A stretch of 64,000 nt of DNA from the human T2T-CHM13v2.0 reference genome, Homo sapiens. The notes under the pieces are model-generated. The model did not search any database. It was not told where the DNA came from and saw only the letters and a list, made by a program, of their open reading frames with translations. The position numbers and the translations under genes were made by a program. Positions 61,011-64,000 of this stretch are shown piece after piece. The DNA is taken from the NCBI RefSeq assembly GCF_009914755.1, contig NC_060938.1, one strand, 5' to 3'. How positions within the stretch are numbered: position 1 is the stretch's first letter; each line of letters begins with the position of its first letter.

Positions 61011-61699
61011 CTCAAAATAAATGTTAAAGAAAATTGGGCAAGAAAAAGACTCAAAGTTTTTTCTAAAACACTTTATGATATAATGCAATTACAATATGGC
61101 TCACTCTCTATGCAAATAAATTATAATATTGTAGCAAATATTGTAATCTGATAAAATTATTATCAGAGAAATAAATGTTGCAACACTTAGCTTTATATGG
61201 GCAAGTACTGATCATTTCTGTGAATAGAAACACTATAAAGACTCAGCCATGAATTTTTCAGTCATTATATTTTGAATACGATATGCCTAAAAGAAGAAAA
61301 ATGTTGTATTTGGCAATACTTTTGCTGACATAATTACTTTATGGAGTGATCACTTACCAGAACTCTTAAAAATATAGAGAATGAATGATGGCTGCTAGCA
61401 CATTCTCTGTTAGCATTTTTACAGGGTTATAATATATAATGTTATTTTCAGGAACCAAGCTTCAGAAATAGTTATTACTGGTTTATTTTACAATCAGCTG
61501 TAAGAAACATCATACTGTTAAAATAATTTAATGATTCATCATTTGCACCAACATATTCATGATCACTTTTTGTTGTTCCAGGTTTTGTATTGTTTTTATA
61601 GAGCTGCCCTCACATGCTTCAGCAACATTAGATGGTAAGTATGACTTGTAGAAAAATTATATGAAGTTGGTAATACAATTGTAATTTTTATAATAGTGT

Positions 61700-62080
61700 G
61701 AAATATGATGAACACATAGCATTTACTTCGTTTTCCTCCTGAATACATAGAAAGAACATATTTCCTAAGTCCAGCTGCATCTAGTTCTGGCCAAAAAATT
61801 GCAAGAAAAAAGTAATGTAAACCAGCTCTAGGTCTCATTTATAAATATATTCCATAAAGAATCCTGCCCTATGCCTTTTCCTTCTGGTATAGTCTTGGAG
61901 TAGAATGTAAAAGATGGTCGTAATTCTAGATTGAAATAAACTGTACCCCTTAGTGATTTCATAAAGACCCTCTACCATAACTTCCAATCTCATTAGACTA
62001 TGTAATGATTAGTAGTAAAATGTATTATGTTAAGCCATTGAGATTGACAAGGCAGATTTTCTATTACCTTGTCTACAGAA
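61700..62080 (+). mobile_element. MLT1J-like LTR relic
   Basis: ttttcctcctgaatacatagaaaga, ctagttctggccaa, attatgttaagccattgagatt. Confidence 0.55.
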
Positions 62081-62239
62081 TTCTAACATATTATTAACTT
62101 CAACTTATAATAATATATTATATAGGAAATGCCTGCATATGACCGTATTTCTGGCTAATAAGTTTACAATTCCTCTTTAGAACCTTTAAAATGATATTAA
62201 TGTTGTCAAATATTACATAAATACACATACACATTCAAG

Positions 62240-62470
62240 ATTTATTTTGGACTGTTGAGCACTAGTTATATGCTAGATGTTGTCCTATATACTTTATATG
62301 CATTAATTTGTATAATCCCATCAGCAATCCAGTGAGGTTGGTGCTGTTCTTAACATCATTTTATAAATGAGGAACTTCCATACTAATATTAGACTATATT
62401 TCTAGTCAGTGGAATGGCTGAGACTCAAGCACAGGTAGTCTGATTTGAAAGCATGAGCTCTTAATTACTA
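62240..62470 (-). mobile_element. MIR
   Basis: ttgagcacta..tatgctag, taatcc..cagcaatccagtgaggttgg, cattttataaatgaggaa, tagtcagtgg, gtctgatttgaaagc..gctcttaa. Confidence 0.75.
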
Positions 62471-62802
62471 GGAAAACCAGAAGGGACATAAATGCGTACA
62501 TGAAACTAGCTTTAAACATTTCATTCTTTTATAATTCAAGTGTGTATATGATCATCTTACAGTCTTCTAAATAGATACAGCCATACACATAATTTTTCTA
62601 GTATCAATAAAATTAGTAATAGCCTATGGTAGTAAAAAAATCACATAATTAACATAAGAAAATACTTGAATATCATATGCACAGCTTTTAAGTGTTTTCA
62701 AGGTTAACATTAGCACAGTACCACTATAAATAATTACACATTTACAGATCAATTAATGGAGGCAGGATGAGATGTGGTAACTTGTTGGCACAATAAGTGC
62801 AG

Positions 62803-62864
62803 ATCCAGTTGGTGTGACTCCTTAGTCACTATGGAATCCAGTTGGTGTGACTCCATAGTCTCTA
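62803..62864. repeat. 33-bp-period tandem duplication (29 bp repeated, 2 mismatches)
   Basis: atccagttggtgtgactcc(t/a)tagtc(a/t)cta at 62803 and 62836. Confidence 0.92.
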
Positions 62865-64000
62865 CAATATTCTCTTTTCCCTGGTTAATTCAGTGTTTCT
62901 CATCATCAAGTAGGAAACACAATTGTGACTAAAATGACAATTATGCAAACAAAACTTTTTGAAAGAGAATTCTATTTTGTGCAGTAGATAAAAATCTGCC
63001 TGTGTTTTACACATCGGTTGTTTATCTTTAAGCCAAAATGGGAAACAACAGGCTTCCCCAAATGACATTCACAATTCCTTTATTAATCAAAATAGCTATC
63101 ATAGGTAAAATGCCATCTAAAATCCTTAACCAAAAAACAAAGTAACTTTAGTATTTTAAATGCTATACACGTTTAAAATAGTTTTAAATTAGAAACTAAA
63201 CTTTCCTTTACTAGCTAACTTGCTGACTATGTAGGAAATTCCTAATGCATGTATCAGACAACTTACTACATGTTGCCATTTGAGGACTGACAGGACTTTT
63301 GAGTCCCCAAATACATTCTCATTGACTTAACTCAATGCCTAAATGACAGGTTTAATGCCTTAATGTTGACAGTTAAAATTCATGTATGCTTTCTGGAAAT
63401 GATAACACTATAACCTATTTTCAGCCACTTATCGATTAAATTATTAATACAGGTATTATATTATTTATAAAAGGAAATAGGATCTTTACAATATAATAGA
63501 TAGAACTTACTCTTCCTTTTATCATGATGTGTCTTTTATCTTTCACATCTACCAATATAGATGCCCACAAAACAATAATAAATAGTTGCTTTTGCAGAAC
63601 TTATATAGAGTAAGTCACTTACAATAAAGCCAGAATATATCGGAAGCATGTAAGAAAGGCATGTAAAAATAGCTGAAGCACCTGTAAGAAAGGCAGACTC
63701 AGAATAAATACCACAGTAGGCAGCTCCATGGCAGATGAAGAAACAGCAGGAAGAAACTGATTGGAGCCACATATTTCAGAGCAGGGAGTAATACCAAAGG
63801 TGAAGATTAAGCTAACTTGAGAAGAGAAATGGGCATAATAATAAACCATATTTATATTCCAATTTTGTTTAGGAATGATCTTCATGGGGTCATTCTAATG
63901 AATTTCAGAAATGTAAATACCACTTGCATCATCAATAATAATACAGAAATTTTAATATAACATTTAGCAAGTATTCAAAGAACAGGCATGTTCAATCAAG

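Overview
AT-rich, CpG-poor primate (hominoid-type, probably human) non-coding genomic DNA. I see no host protein-coding exon, RNA gene or CRISPR array, and every long ORF comes from a retroelement. The window is a mosaic of repeats: eight Alus; a full-length young L1 (L1PA2-like, 47710-53730, minus) nested in older L1s; several truncated, inverted or chimeric L1s; a two-LTR THE1 provirus; MLT/MST/ERV1/ERVL LTRs; degenerate ERVL pol and retroviral env remnants; hAT MITEs; MIR/L2 relics; and microsatellites. The most unusual structures are a 100%-identical 135-bp inverted duplication with template-switch scars (5314-5448 / 6199-6333), a tiny twin-primed L1 that joins its 3' end to an inverted 5'UTR piece across a ~4.9-kb gap (46108-46594), an env TM remnant beside a class III-type LTR, and a frameshift-extended L1 ORF0. 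I found no convincing new multi-gene system. Subfamily names are recalled from consensus sequences and need RepeatMasker/Dfam confirmation.
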